Positions 48,482 to 57,601 of a DNA stretch of 64,000 nt are shown here, one piece after another; within the stretch, counting starts at the first letter, position 1; every line of letters begins with the position of its first letter. The DNA comes from a bacterium. GTDB lineage: Bacteria > UBA8248. The notes beneath the pieces are model-generated. The model made no database searches and had not been told where the DNA came from. It saw only the letters and a program-made list of their open reading frames with translations. The stretch spans positions 1,920,001 to 1,984,000 of the forward strand of contig OZ253442.1 of the NCBI GenBank assembly GCA_965261085.1. Reading direction: 5' to 3'. Position numbers and translations under genes: made by a program.

Positions 48482-49738
48482 GTGGGCAAGACGATGGCGG
48501 AGAAAATCCTCTCCGCACACGCTGGACGCGAGGCCAGAGCGGGTGATTTGGTCATCGCGGAACTCGATTACGTCATGGCGGGCGACGCCAAGGGACCCAA
48601 GGCGGTCGACATCTTCCGCGAGGCGGGTTTCGAGTTCCGGATGGACCCGAAGAAAACGGATTTCATCATCGATCATTTCGTGCCCGCGCAGGACGTGCTC
48701 TGGGCGAACCATCACAAGAAGCTGAGAATCTTCGGGGCGGAGTTCGGCGTGGAAGTGTTCGAGCCGGGCGCGGGCGTGTGCCACACCGTGGTGACCGAAG
48801 AGGGCCGCGTGGGGCCGGGCGCGCTCACCGTGGGGGGAGACAGCCACGTGTGCACCTACGGGGCGCTGGGCGCGATGGGCGTGGCGGTTGAGAGCGTGGA
48901 GATCGCTTCCGCCTACGCCACCGGGAAGCTGTGGTTCAAGACGCCCGAGAGCGTTCGCGTGGAGTTCACCGGCGCGCTCGCCCACGGCGTGTTTTCAAAA
49001 GACATGGAACTCGTCCTCGCGCGCGAAATGGGCGAGAACGGGGCGAACTACATGGCGGTGGAATACGGCGGCTCGGCGCTCGCCGACTTGTCGATGGACG
49101 CGCGCTTCACCATCGCGAACATGTCGGTCGACATGGGGGCGAAGACGGGAATCATGGATGTGGATGAGAAAGCGCTCTCCTGGGCGCGGGCGCACGGAGC
49201 GCCTGTGGATGGAGCGGTGTCGCCCGACCCGGACGCCGTCTACGCGAGGAAAATCCATCTCGATATCTCTGAACTCACGCCCGTCGTGGCCGCCCCGCCC
49301 GCCACGGGGAACGCGCATCCCGTAGAGGACTACGCGGGCCTTCCCGTCCAGCAGGCGTTCGTGGGTACGTGCACGAACGGACGGCTGGAAGACATCGAAA
49401 TCGCGGCGCGCATCGTGCGGGGCAAGAAGATAGCCCCCGGCGTTCGTTTTTACGTCGCGCCCACGAGCAGGAGAATCTACGAAGCGGCCGCCGCGAGCGG
49501 GGCCATCGGGGCATTGGCCGAAGCGGGGGCCGCCGTGCTCACCGCCGCGTGCGGGCCTTGCGCCTCGATGACGGGAAACGGCTGTCTGGCCGATGGGGAG
49601 CGCGCCATATCGTCCGCGAACCGCAATTTTCCGGGGAGACTCGGCAGCAAGGAGGCCGAAATCTATCTGGGTTCCCCGGCCACGGTGGCGGCGAGCGCAG
49701 TGACGGGTTGCATCACGGATCCCAGAGAGTTTCTCTAG
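48482..49738 (+). CDS. aconitase-family (LeuC/HacA/DmdA-like) dehydratase large subunit
   Basis: KTMAEKIL, DH, GVCH, GDSHVCTYG, GTCTNGR, CGPC, NRNFPGRLG; GTG start after AAGGAG. Confidence 0.92.
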   Translation: MGKTMAEKILSAHAGREARAGDLVIAELDYVMAGDAKGPKAVDIFREAGFEFRMDPKKTDFIIDHFVPAQDVLWANHHKKLRIFGAEFGVEVFEPGAGVCHTVVTEEGRVGPGALTVGGDSHVCTYGALGAMGVAVESVEIASAYATGKLWFKTPESVRVEFTGALAHGVFSKDMELVLAREMGENGANYMAVEYGGSALADLSMDARFTIANMSVDMGAKTGIMDVDEKALSWARAHGAPVDGAVSPDPDAVYARKIHLDISELTPVVAAPPATGNAHPVEDYAGLPVQQAFVGTCTNGRLEDIEIAARIVRGKKIAPGVRFYVAPTSRRIYEAAAASGAIGALAEAGAAVLTAACGPCASMTGNGCLADGERAISSANRNFPGRLGSKEAEIYLGSPATVAASAVTGCITDPREFL

Positions 49739-49762
49739 GCGCATGACGAGGAGAATGAGATC

Positions 49763-50248
49763 GTGGCGATGAGGGGACGCGTCCACCGTTTCGGGGACGA
49801 CATCAGCACCGACGTGCATCTGTCGGTCAAATACCGCTCGCCGGGCACCTCGCTGGAAGAATTAAAGCGCGATGCCTTCAAGGAGTTGGACCCTGAATTT
49901 TCGGGGAAAGTGCAATCGGGCGACGTGGTGGTGGCCGGGAAGAACTTCGGGCTCATCAGCAGCCGGCAGGATTCCGCCGTGGTGTTGCGCGAGTTGGGCG
50001 TGAGCTGCGTACTCGCCAGGAGTTTCGGGCACATGTTCTACCGAAACGCCATCAACTCGGGCCTTCCCGTCATCGCGTGCGACACCGACGCCATCCGCGC
50101 GGGCGATGAGATAGAAGTCGACCCCATGGCGGGCGAGGCCCGCGTAGGGGATGAGACGATTACCTTTCCCCCGTTTCCAGACGGCCTGTGGGCGATGATC
50201 GAGGCGGGCGGCCTCGTGCCCTATCTGCAGGAGAAGGGTGATTTTTAG
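49763..50248 (+). CDS. LeuD/HacB-like small subunit
   Basis: GDDISTD, VAGKNFG.ISSRQ, SFGHMFYRNAINSG, AGGL. Confidence 0.9.
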   Translation: MAMRGRVHRFGDDISTDVHLSVKYRSPGTSLEELKRDAFKELDPEFSGKVQSGDVVVAGKNFGLISSRQDSAVVLRELGVSCVLARSFGHMFYRNAINSGLPVIACDTDAIRAGDEIEVDPMAGEARVGDETITFPPFPDGLWAMIEAGGLVPYLQEKGDF

Positions 50249-50421
50249 GGCGGACTGATTCTCCCGGCTGTAGGTGTATATTTTTTTGACTCTTATTTTC
50301 GTTATTATTTCGTTTATATTATACTCCTGAGCTACCTACCCGACATAAGAGGACCCACCCGAGATGAGACGAGTTGATGGCGTCTTGCGTATTGATTTAT
50401 TCTTAGGCGTGGGAGAGAGAA

Positions 50422-50850
50422 ATGACCGAGTTTCAGCAGGCGACCTTGTTCGTGGGATGGCTGCAGGCCGGAGTGGCTCTGTTCGTGGGCATGGTGCAAT
50501 CGGCCCTGTTTTTTTACGGCATCAAGAGAATGAGCGACGCCTCCGAGAGGCGCGCCCGGCAAACGGACAGGCAAATCGACGCCATGATGAAGCAGATCGA
50601 TGTCATGGCGGACAACATGGACAAGCAGCACGAAGAGTCCATGAAACGAACGGACGCGCTGATAAAGCAGCAGGAGGAGTCCTCGAAACAAACGGACGCG
50701 TTGATCAAGTTACAGGAAGACACCTCGAAGCGAACGGACGCGCTGCTCAAACAGAGTGAAATGACGATGAAACAAAGTGAAATCACGATGAAGCAAAGTG
50801 AAACGGCGATGCTGGCCTTGCGCCGTCTGCTTGAAAGGCCCGCCGACTGA
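50422..50850 (+). CDS. membrane-anchored tandem-repeat coiled-coil protein
   Basis: MTEF start, hydrophobic segment ending YGI..M, 3x14-aa and 3x7-aa repeats. Confidence 0.75.
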   Translation: MTEFQQATLFVGWLQAGVALFVGMVQSALFFYGIKRMSDASERRARQTDRQIDAMMKQIDVMADNMDKQHEESMKRTDALIKQQEESSKQTDALIKLQEDTSKRTDALLKQSEMTMKQSEITMKQSETAMLALRRLLERPAD

Positions 50851-50884
50851 CGCCAGGTCATCAGGCGGCTTCTTTATACGACGA

Positions 50885-51353
50885 CTAAGGGCAAATCTCC
50901 CCGAGAACGCTCTCCAATACCTCCATCGGCAAATCGAAATCCCTGTATCCTTGTCTGAGCGTTTCGACGTAGTGCGCCGCCGGGCGCGCGGCCTTTATAG
51001 GATGCCGCATGATGTAGAGCATGGCGCAGAGGGGGACGCCGTCCGTCAGGATTTCCACTTCTTTCCGGTCGTAGAGCGCCGGGTAGTCCTCGAAATGATC
51101 GAGCGCGGGCAGGTTCGTCGGAGTGGAGGCGAAACAGCGCACCCGGCGCCTCAGCGCCCTTATGGGGCGTCACGGTGGCCCAGCCGGGCTGGTTCCCGGG
51201 CGCGGTGGCGGGCAGGGCGATGGTGAGGCGGTATTCCTGAAGGCGCGCGGGACATACGGGCGCGCTCCTGGGACAAAGGGATTTCATTTGCGCGATGTGC
51301 AGGTTCGCCCCGTAGGCGAAGTAGTTCGACTCAGGCGTAGCCGGGGTAGTCAT
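50885..51353 (-). pseudogene. gamma-glutamylcyclotransferase family, frameshifted
   Basis: N-terminal YFAYGANL..GALF in one frame and C-terminal LDHFEDYPALYDR..MLYIM in another; shift near 51120. Confidence 0.7.
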
Positions 51354-51726
51354 CCTCTTCATCGCCCTCCCAGTCGAGGTCGATGACCGGCGGATCGCTA
51401 CCGTCGCTCGGGAAGGCGAGCAGGAGCCTGGTCTTCTCCTCTCCCACCTGGGCTGCGCTGTGGATCGCCTCCTCGCGGATGGTGATCACCTCGCCCTGCT
51501 GGACGAGGACGAGTTCTTCCTCCACGTTGAACTGCATCTGGCCCTCGATGACGATGATGGCCTCTTCTTCATGGTGCGTGTGGTAGGGCACAAAAGCTCC
51601 GGCGGGTTGTTCGACCTCGAATACGCGGTAGTCGCGTTCGGCCAGAGCGGAGATGATCTCCTCCTGCTCGGGTTCGCATTGGTACGCTGTGGCGACGTCT
51701 TCTAGGCGATAGGTCGGCTTGCTCAT
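51331..51726 (-). CDS. cupin domain protein
   Basis: PYHTHHEEE..G, GEVITI...IHSA. Confidence 0.85.
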   Translation of the reverse strand: MSKPTYRLEDVATAYQCEPEQEEIISALAERDYRVFEVEQPAGAFVPYHTHHEEEAIIVIEGQMQFNVEEELVLVQQGEVITIREEAIHSAAQVGEEKTRLLLAFPSDGSDPPVIDLDWEGDEEDDYPGYA

Positions 51727-51741
51727 TTGGAGACCTCCATT

Positions 51742-52191
51742 TCACGTGCCCAGGAGTTTCCGGACCGCTTGGGAAATACGGGCTCCCGTGGCGCGTCCGG
51801 CTAGTTTGCGGGTCAACATTCCCATTACCTTTCCCATGTCTTTCATCGAGGAGGCCCCGGTTTCCTCGATCACCGCCTGGGCGGCGGCTTCGATTTCCGC
51901 ATCCTCCATCTGCGCGGGGAGATAGCCCTGGATGAACCGAATTTCATCGCGTTCCTTTTGAGCCAAATCCTCGCGGCCGGCGGCTGCGTACTGCTCGGCG
52001 GCTTCCTCCCGCTTTTTTACCATACTTTGCATTAGCTTGAGAATATCTTTTTGCGATGTTTCTTCGCCGCTTTCCTTGTCCTTGTTCAAAATCTCGGCGC
52101 GCGCCATGCGGATGGTGGAGAGCCTGAGCGTCTCCTTCGCGCGCATGGCGGTCTTCATGTCTTCGATGAGCGCCTCTCGAATGCTGGACAA
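51742..52191 (-). CDS. GatB/YqeY domain protein
   Basis: DMKTAMRAK, KKREEAAEQY..GREDLA..E, YLPAQM, MKDMGKVMG. Confidence 0.92.
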   Translation of the reverse strand: MSSIREALIEDMKTAMRAKETLRLSTIRMARAEILNKDKESGEETSQKDILKLMQSMVKKREEAAEQYAAAGREDLAQKERDEIRFIQGYLPAQMEDAEIEAAAQAVIEETGASSMKDMGKVMGMLTRKLAGRATGARISQAVRKLLGT

Positions 52192-52202
52192 CGTGAATTC
52201 TC

Positions 52203-52595
52203 CTATCCCTGCGTCGTTGCGCGGGGCCTTGCCTTTTCTCGGTGGAGACACCACATTACGGCGATGCCGCCGCCCGCGATGTCCGCCGCCAGGTCTCCCC
52301 ACGTCGCGGCCCTGTGGGGCAGAAAAAGCTGGTGCAATTCATCTCCCGCGCCGTTGAGCGCCGTGAGGATGAAGATGAAGGCGGCGGTTTTCCCCTCGGT
52401 CCATCGAGGGAGCGTTTCCCGCCAGGGCCGCCAGAGTAGCCCGGCGAGAAGCCCAAACTCGCAGAGGTGAACGATTTTGTCCACCCCTACCGGAAGGGTG
52501 GAAGAGGGATTGCGCCCGCCCGTCGCCGTCCAGAGGTGAATCGCCGCCATAAGCCCGAGCGCAAGCGCCCAGCGCAGGGTGGTTTTGACGCTCAC
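52203..52595 (-). CDS. VanZ family protein
   Basis: DKIVH..EFGLL, DELHQLF.P.R....DL.AD..G. Confidence 0.88.
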   Translation of the reverse strand: MSVKTTLRWALALGLMAAIHLWTATGGRNPSSTLPVGVDKIVHLCEFGLLAGLLWRPWRETLPRWTEGKTAAFIFILTALNGAGDELHQLFLPHRAATWGDLAADIAGGGIAVMWCLHREKARPRATTQG

Positions 52596-52607
52596 CGCCT
52601 TGTTCTC

Positions 52608-53009
52608 TTATTCGGGCAGGGGGACGATGGCCTCGACTTCGACCAGAAAATCGGGATCGGCCAGACTCGATATCACCAGAAACGTGCTCACCGGCGGGGC
52701 GTCGGGAAAGAACTCGGCGCGCACCTTGCCGACGGCGCTCCTGTAATCGAGGCTCGTGACGAAGACCTGAATCTTGGCGGTATCCGCCATGCGCCCGCCC
52801 GCCGCTTCCACCACCTTCTGGATGTTCCGGTAGCACTGGCGCGCCTGTCCCTCCGGGTCGCCCGGGCAGACGAGATTGCCGTCCTCATCGAGGGGCGTCT
52901 GGCCCGCGACGTAGAGCGTGCGTCCGCCCTCGGTGATGACCCCGTGCGAGAAATGTCCGGCAGGTGCGGCCAGCGTATCGGGAGCCAGCGTTTCGCGCTT
53001 CATCTTCAT
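52608..53009 (-). CDS. RidA/YjgF family protein
   Basis: FSHG, LYVAGQ, PPVST (no catalytic Arg), LVEVEA. Confidence 0.88.
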   Translation of the reverse strand: MKMKRETLAPDTLAAPAGHFSHGVITEGGRTLYVAGQTPLDEDGNLVCPGDPEGQARQCYRNIQKVVEAAGGRMADTAKIQVFVTSLDYRSAVGKVRAEFFPDAPPVSTFLVISSLADPDFLVEVEAIVPLPE

Positions 53010-53032
53010 TCCTCCTGATTTGTCGGCGCGCC

Positions 53033-54364
53033 TCAATAGGCCAGTTTCGCCTCGCCCAGGTTACCCACCACCGCGAGGGTGGATTCGTCGAGTTTGATGT
53101 ATTTTCTCGCCGCCGCGAGGATTTGCTCCTTCGTAACGGCGCGAATCTTTTTCAGGTATTCATCCGCGTAACCGGGGGAGAAGCCCAGAATTTCCACTGC
53201 GAGGATGTAGTTCGCGATGCGGCCCGATGAACCGAAGCGCGTGGCGAAGTTCCCGGTGATGAAGTCCTTGGCGTCTTGAAGCTCCTTGTCGCTCACCCCT
53301 TTTTCCTTGATGCGCTTTACTTCCGCGATCGCTTCTTTGATGGCCTCGTTTGCGCTCTTGTTCTTCGTCTGCAGGATGAGCCGCCAGTGGCCCGCGTGAC
53401 GGCCCGCGGCGAAATAGCTGTAGACGCTGTAGACGAGGCCTTTTTCTTCTCTCAGGTTTTCCATGATCCTGCTGGAAAACCCGCCCCCGCCCAGGATGTA
53501 GTTCATCATGCGCGCGGCGTAAAAATCTGGGTTCGTGCGCTTGAGCGAGCGGTTGCCCATCATCACCGTGGTCTGTGTGAGAGGACGGTCGATCTTCACC
53601 ACCTGCATCTTCTTCGGTGCTTCGGGCGTCGTCGCCTCGGGGATTTCCCCCCCGCCCGCTCGCCAGTCCTTGAAGCGGGCCAGAACGAGTTCTCGCGCGC
53701 GCTTGAGCGAAACGTCCCCCACGAAGACGAAGATCGCCCCCTTCATGCCGTACCATTTCCTATGGAAGCGGACGAGGTCCTCCCGGCGTAGTTTTTTGAT
53801 CGACGCCTCCGTTCCCTCGATCATGCGGCCATAGGGCGTTTCCCCGAAAAGGCTCTTCCTGAGCGCCTTGTTCGCCAGATGGCCGGGGCGCTCGCGCTGT
53901 CTGCGCAAACCGCCCATGATGCGCTTTTTCGTCTTCTCCATCTCCTCAGCCGGGAAGGTGGGGTTTCTGAGTACGTCGCTCAACAGGGAGAGGCCCTCGT
54001 CCAGGTCCCTCGTGAGCACGCGCATGGATACCTCAGCGCGCGCGCGGCCTGCCTCGACGCCCACGCCGCCGCCCAGCGCGTCGTTCAGCTTCTCGATGTC
54101 GGATGCGCTTCTCGTATTCGTCCCCCGCGTGAGGAGGGCGGAGGTAAGGTTCGCGAGTCCCGCTTGTTCGGGCGCCTCATGGCGCGAGCCCGACGGAATC
54201 GAGACGGTGATCCGCACCATAGGCAGTTGCCTGCTTTCCTTGACGAGCAATACGCCGCCGCCCGGCAACTCCTCGCGCTCATAGGTGATGACGGCGGCGC
54301 CCGCCAGGGCGGGCAGGAGGAGGAGTGCGGCAGCCAGTGTCCAGAGAATGCGGTGTAATCTCAT
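53033..54364 (-). CDS. M16 family peptidase, non-catalytic subunit (secreted)
   Basis: Signal peptide, GLANLTSALLTRGT lacking HxxEH, ILGGGGFSSR..REEKGLVY. Confidence 0.9.
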   Translation of the reverse strand: MRLHRILWTLAAALLLLPALAGAAVITYEREELPGGGVLLVKESRQLPMVRITVSIPSGSRHEAPEQAGLANLTSALLTRGTNTRSASDIEKLNDALGGGVGVEAGRARAEVSMRVLTRDLDEGLSLLSDVLRNPTFPAEEMEKTKKRIMGGLRRQRERPGHLANKALRKSLFGETPYGRMIEGTEASIKKLRREDLVRFHRKWYGMKGAIFVFVGDVSLKRARELVLARFKDWRAGGGEIPEATTPEAPKKMQVVKIDRPLTQTTVMMGNRSLKRTNPDFYAARMMNYILGGGGFSSRIMENLREEKGLVYSVYSYFAAGRHAGHWRLILQTKNKSANEAIKEAIAEVKRIKEKGVSDKELQDAKDFITGNFATRFGSSGRIANYILAVEILGFSPGYADEYLKKIRAVTKEQILAAARKYIKLDESTLAVVGNLGEAKLAY

Positions 54365-54365
54365 G

Positions 54366-55766
54366 CTAGCGTCCTTCCCGGCTTTTGGCGGCGCTTGCGC
54401 GGCGGCTCTTCTTGGTCGGTATGAGTTCGGCGGTGGTCTTGTTCCGGTGGCTCAGGTATTTTTTCGCGACGCGCACCACGTCGGCGGGCGTCACCTTCCT
54501 GAGTGCGGGCAGGTAGCCTTCGAGCAGACGCCAGTCGCCCGCCACCACCGCCTGGCCCAAGAGCCTCGCGCGGTAGTAGTGCGAGTCCATGGCGAAAATC
54601 GTGTTCGCCTCGATGTTCCTGAGCGCACGGCGGAATTCCTCGTCCGAAACGCCTTTTTCAATAAGTTTTTCCACCTCATCGAGCAGGGCCTTTTCCGCGT
54701 CGGCGGCCTTCTTGCCCGGCGCCACCCTCGCGTAGAGATAGAAGACCATCGGGTCCACCGATATGTAGGTGTAATCGGTTCCCGCGCCCAGCGCGGTGGT
54801 GTCTTTGCGCACGAGCCTCTGGTGGAGGCGCGAGGTCTCCCCCCCGCCGAGTATGGCCTCGAGCATGACGAGAGCGGGCGCGTCCTCGCTCTTCCAGTTG
54901 GGCGTGTGGTAGCCGACCGCCACGTAGGGAAGCTGCGCGTCGGCGCGCACGTACACCCTGCGCTCCGATTTCTGGGGGAACTCGAAGAGTTTTGGCCTTT
55001 TTTTGAAGGTCGGGGACTTGGGGATTTTCCCAAAGTGTTTTTCGAGCAGCGCAATGGCTTCTTCGACCTTGAAGTCGCCCACCAGGACGGCGACGGCGTT
55101 CTCGGGGCTGTAGTAGCGCTTGTAGAACGCTTCTACGTCCTTGATGGTGGCGGTCTCCAGGTCCTCGGGCCAGCCGATGATCGGGTTCTTGTAGGGGTGG
55201 TTCGTGTAGGCGACGGCCCGTAGCTGCTCCCAAAACTTGCCCACGGGCCTGTCGCTCCGGGTGCGTCTTTCCTCGTGAACCACGTTTTTCTCCGCGTCGA
55301 AGGCCGTCTTTTCAAGCAGCATGTTCACCATACGGTCGGCTTCGAGCTCGATGATGAGTTCGAGCCTGTCCGAGGCGATGCGCTCGTAGTACGCGGTGTA
55401 GTCGAAGCTCGTAAACGCATTGTGGGAGCCGCCGTTTTTCTTGATGATCTCGCTGAATACCTTGGGGCCGTATTTTTTCGTGCCGCGAAACATCATGTGT
55501 TCGAGAAAATGGGCGATGCCCGTGAGGCCGGGCTGTTCGTCGCGGCTGCCGACGGCGTACCAGATCTTCATGACCACCATGGGCGCGCTGTGGTCGGGCA
55601 GTAGCAGGGCGCGCATCCCGTTCTTCATCTTATGCTCGGTCACGTTCCAGGGAACGCGCAGGGCGGTGGCCTCCGTCTTGGCGTCGGCCTTGATGGAGGG
55701 CGCGGCCAGGAGAAGGAAGATACAGGTGCCGATCAGCAGCGCGCGCAGCTTGTTTGTTTTCCGCAT
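54366..55766 (-). CDS. M16 family zinc peptidase, catalytic subunit (secreted)
   Basis: Signal peptide, GIAHFLEHMMF, NAFTS.D.T.Y, EERR. Confidence 0.92.
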   Translation of the reverse strand: MRKTNKLRALLIGTCIFLLLAAPSIKADAKTEATALRVPWNVTEHKMKNGMRALLLPDHSAPMVVMKIWYAVGSRDEQPGLTGIAHFLEHMMFRGTKKYGPKVFSEIIKKNGGSHNAFTSFDYTAYYERIASDRLELIIELEADRMVNMLLEKTAFDAEKNVVHEERRTRSDRPVGKFWEQLRAVAYTNHPYKNPIIGWPEDLETATIKDVEAFYKRYYSPENAVAVLVGDFKVEEAIALLEKHFGKIPKSPTFKKRPKLFEFPQKSERRVYVRADAQLPYVAVGYHTPNWKSEDAPALVMLEAILGGGETSRLHQRLVRKDTTALGAGTDYTYISVDPMVFYLYARVAPGKKAADAEKALLDEVEKLIEKGVSDEEFRRALRNIEANTIFAMDSHYYRARLLGQAVVAGDWRLLEGYLPALRKVTPADVVRVAKKYLSHRNKTTAELIPTKKSRRASAAKSREGR

Positions 55767-55839
55767 GAATTCATCCTCGTGGTGGCGGCGATCTTGAAGC
55801 ATTCCGGGGCGTCGCCCGGAGAGAAGGCGACGATTCACT

Positions 55840-56847
55840 CTAGTCCTTGATGCCCGCTTTTTCCAGCACCTCCGGGTTCAGAAGGCCCGCCGGGCGTCTT
55901 CCGGCGATGACGTCGAGCGCGGCGGCGACGGCGAACTCGAGCGATTGTTCGCAGGCGTCCTCACCCAGGCCCGCGATGTGCGGGGTGAGGATGACGTTGT
56001 CGAGCGAGAAGATGCGGTGGCGGTGATCGGCCGGCTCGTTCGGGAAAACGTCCAGCGCAGCGCCCTGAATGATGCCGCGCTCAAGCGCCGTGGCCGCTGC
56101 GTCCAGATCCACCACGGGGCCGCGCGAGGTGTTGATGAGATAGGCCCCCGGTTTCATCGAGGAGAGGAATTTTTCATCCACCATGCCCCGCGTCCCATCG
56201 TTCAGGGGGACGTGGCAGGTGATGAAGTCCGCCCGGCGCGTCACCTCCTCGCGCGCCTCAAAGAAAACGCCCACCTCGGCGGCGAAGCGCTCATCGCGTA
56301 CGATGTCATGGGCGATGACCTCCATGCCGAAGGCGACGGCGCGCCTCGCCACGCGCTTGCCGATGTTGCCCAGACCGATGATGCCCAGCGTCTTTCCCCT
56401 GAGCGGCGATATGGGAACTCTCAAGTCCGCCCATTCGCCCGTGCGCATTTTCTTGTCGCACAGGGCGATTTTTCGCGCGATGCACAGCATGAGGCCGAGA
56501 GCGTGTTCCGCGACGGAATCGGAATTCTGGCCGGGCGCGTTGGTGACGACCACCCCGTGGCGCGTGGCGGCGTCCAGATCGACGGAATTGAAGCCCACCC
56601 CCGTTCTGGCGATGTGCTTCAAGTCCACTCCCGCCGCCAGGGTGTGATCGTTATAGGGGTCGTTGCTCGGGAAGGTGACGACCACGCCGGGAAGGGAGGC
56701 GATGAGTTCTTCCTCCGTCCTGTCCACGCCGTTCGATTCGATTCTGATTTCCAGGCCCGCTTCGGTTTCGAGCCGCTTGAAGTGGCGCATCGGGTCTTCG
56801 AGGCCGCTCAGCCAACTCGTGGTGACCCAGGCGATTCCTTTCGACAA
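55840..56847 (-). CDS. D-2-hydroxyacid dehydrogenase (SerA-like)
   Basis: GVGFNSVD, GLGNIG, INTSRG, ALDVF..EP, TPHIAG. Confidence 0.9.
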   Translation of the reverse strand: MSKGIAWVTTSWLSGLEDPMRHFKRLETEAGLEIRIESNGVDRTEEELIASLPGVVVTFPSNDPYNDHTLAAGVDLKHIARTGVGFNSVDLDAATRHGVVVTNAPGQNSDSVAEHALGLMLCIARKIALCDKKMRTGEWADLRVPISPLRGKTLGIIGLGNIGKRVARRAVAFGMEVIAHDIVRDERFAAEVGVFFEAREEVTRRADFITCHVPLNDGTRGMVDEKFLSSMKPGAYLINTSRGPVVDLDAAATALERGIIQGAALDVFPNEPADHRHRIFSLDNVILTPHIAGLGEDACEQSLEFAVAAALDVIAGRRPAGLLNPEVLEKAGIKD

Positions 56848-56895
56848 TTTTCTATCCTCTCGTTGGTGTTTCCGTTCGGATTTCCGGGGAATTTG

Positions 56896-57579
56896 CTAGA
56901 AAACCTCATCTTCGGGGTTGTGCACCTCGCCCATGCGCTTGAGTGTGGGGAGGGGCAGTCCCTCGTAGAGCTTGACCAACTCCTCGTTCGTCTCGGCGAG
57001 CGCCATCTGGTAGAGGCTGTTGCCCCGTGCGTCGCATTCCACGAGGAAGGGCCCGAAGTTTTTTACCTCGAACACCCACATCGCCTGGGCGATGCCGAGT
57101 TCATCGAGCCAGTAGACGTCCCTGACGCCCGTGACGCCGCGTCCGTACTGCGCGCCGATGCCGTAGCCCACCGTGTTCAGGAACACCGCGCCCAGGCGCT
57201 TGAAGTGTTTTTGGTAAAACTCCGCCGCCATGCCGCCCTTGCCGATGACGCAGCGTATTCCGTGCGTATCCATCAAGAGCGGTAGGTGTTTTTCAAAGCG
57301 AAAACTCGCCGTGGCCGTTACGGCGGCCACCTTCCACTCGCCCGCATCGTTTCGCCCCACGGCGGGCGAGCAGTGAAACGTCACGTTCGTGAGCGAGGCG
57401 ATGTCCACGGGCGGCGGCGCCTTTTCGTCAAAGAGTTTCTTGTAGAGGCCGATTCTGCCCGTGAAGATCACGCCGTCGAAATAGACGATGTCGCCGAGTT
57501 CCAGTTTCGCCAGATCCTCGGACGAGGTCGGCGTCGTGAGGTGATGCTCCTTCATTTCCAGGTCGGCTGTGCCGCTCAT
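56896..57579 (-). CDS. class I fumarate hydratase / tartrate dehydratase beta subunit
   Basis: L.LGD.V...G.IFTGR, FHCSP, ATASFR, IGKGGM, FGPFLV..DARGNSLY. Confidence 0.88.
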   Translation of the reverse strand: MSGTADLEMKEHHLTTPTSSEDLAKLELGDIVYFDGVIFTGRIGLYKKLFDEKAPPPVDIASLTNVTFHCSPAVGRNDAGEWKVAAVTATASFRFEKHLPLLMDTHGIRCVIGKGGMAAEFYQKHFKRLGAVFLNTVGYGIGAQYGRGVTGVRDVYWLDELGIAQAMWVFEVKNFGPFLVECDARGNSLYQMALAETNEELVKLYEGLPLPTLKRMGEVHNPEDEVF

Positions 57580-57601
57580 ATTGCAGAATCTCCCGGGCCG
57601 C

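Noticed and set aside
47426-48985. 519-aa minus-strand ORF
   Set aside because: Overlaps three better-supported genes; stop-free by chance in GC-rich DNA.
53033-55766. M16 peptidase pair as a novel system
   Set aside because: Catalytic plus non-catalytic M16B heterodimers are common.
55945-57285. 446-aa plus-strand ORF
   Set aside because: Antisense shadow of the dehydrogenase and hydratase genes.
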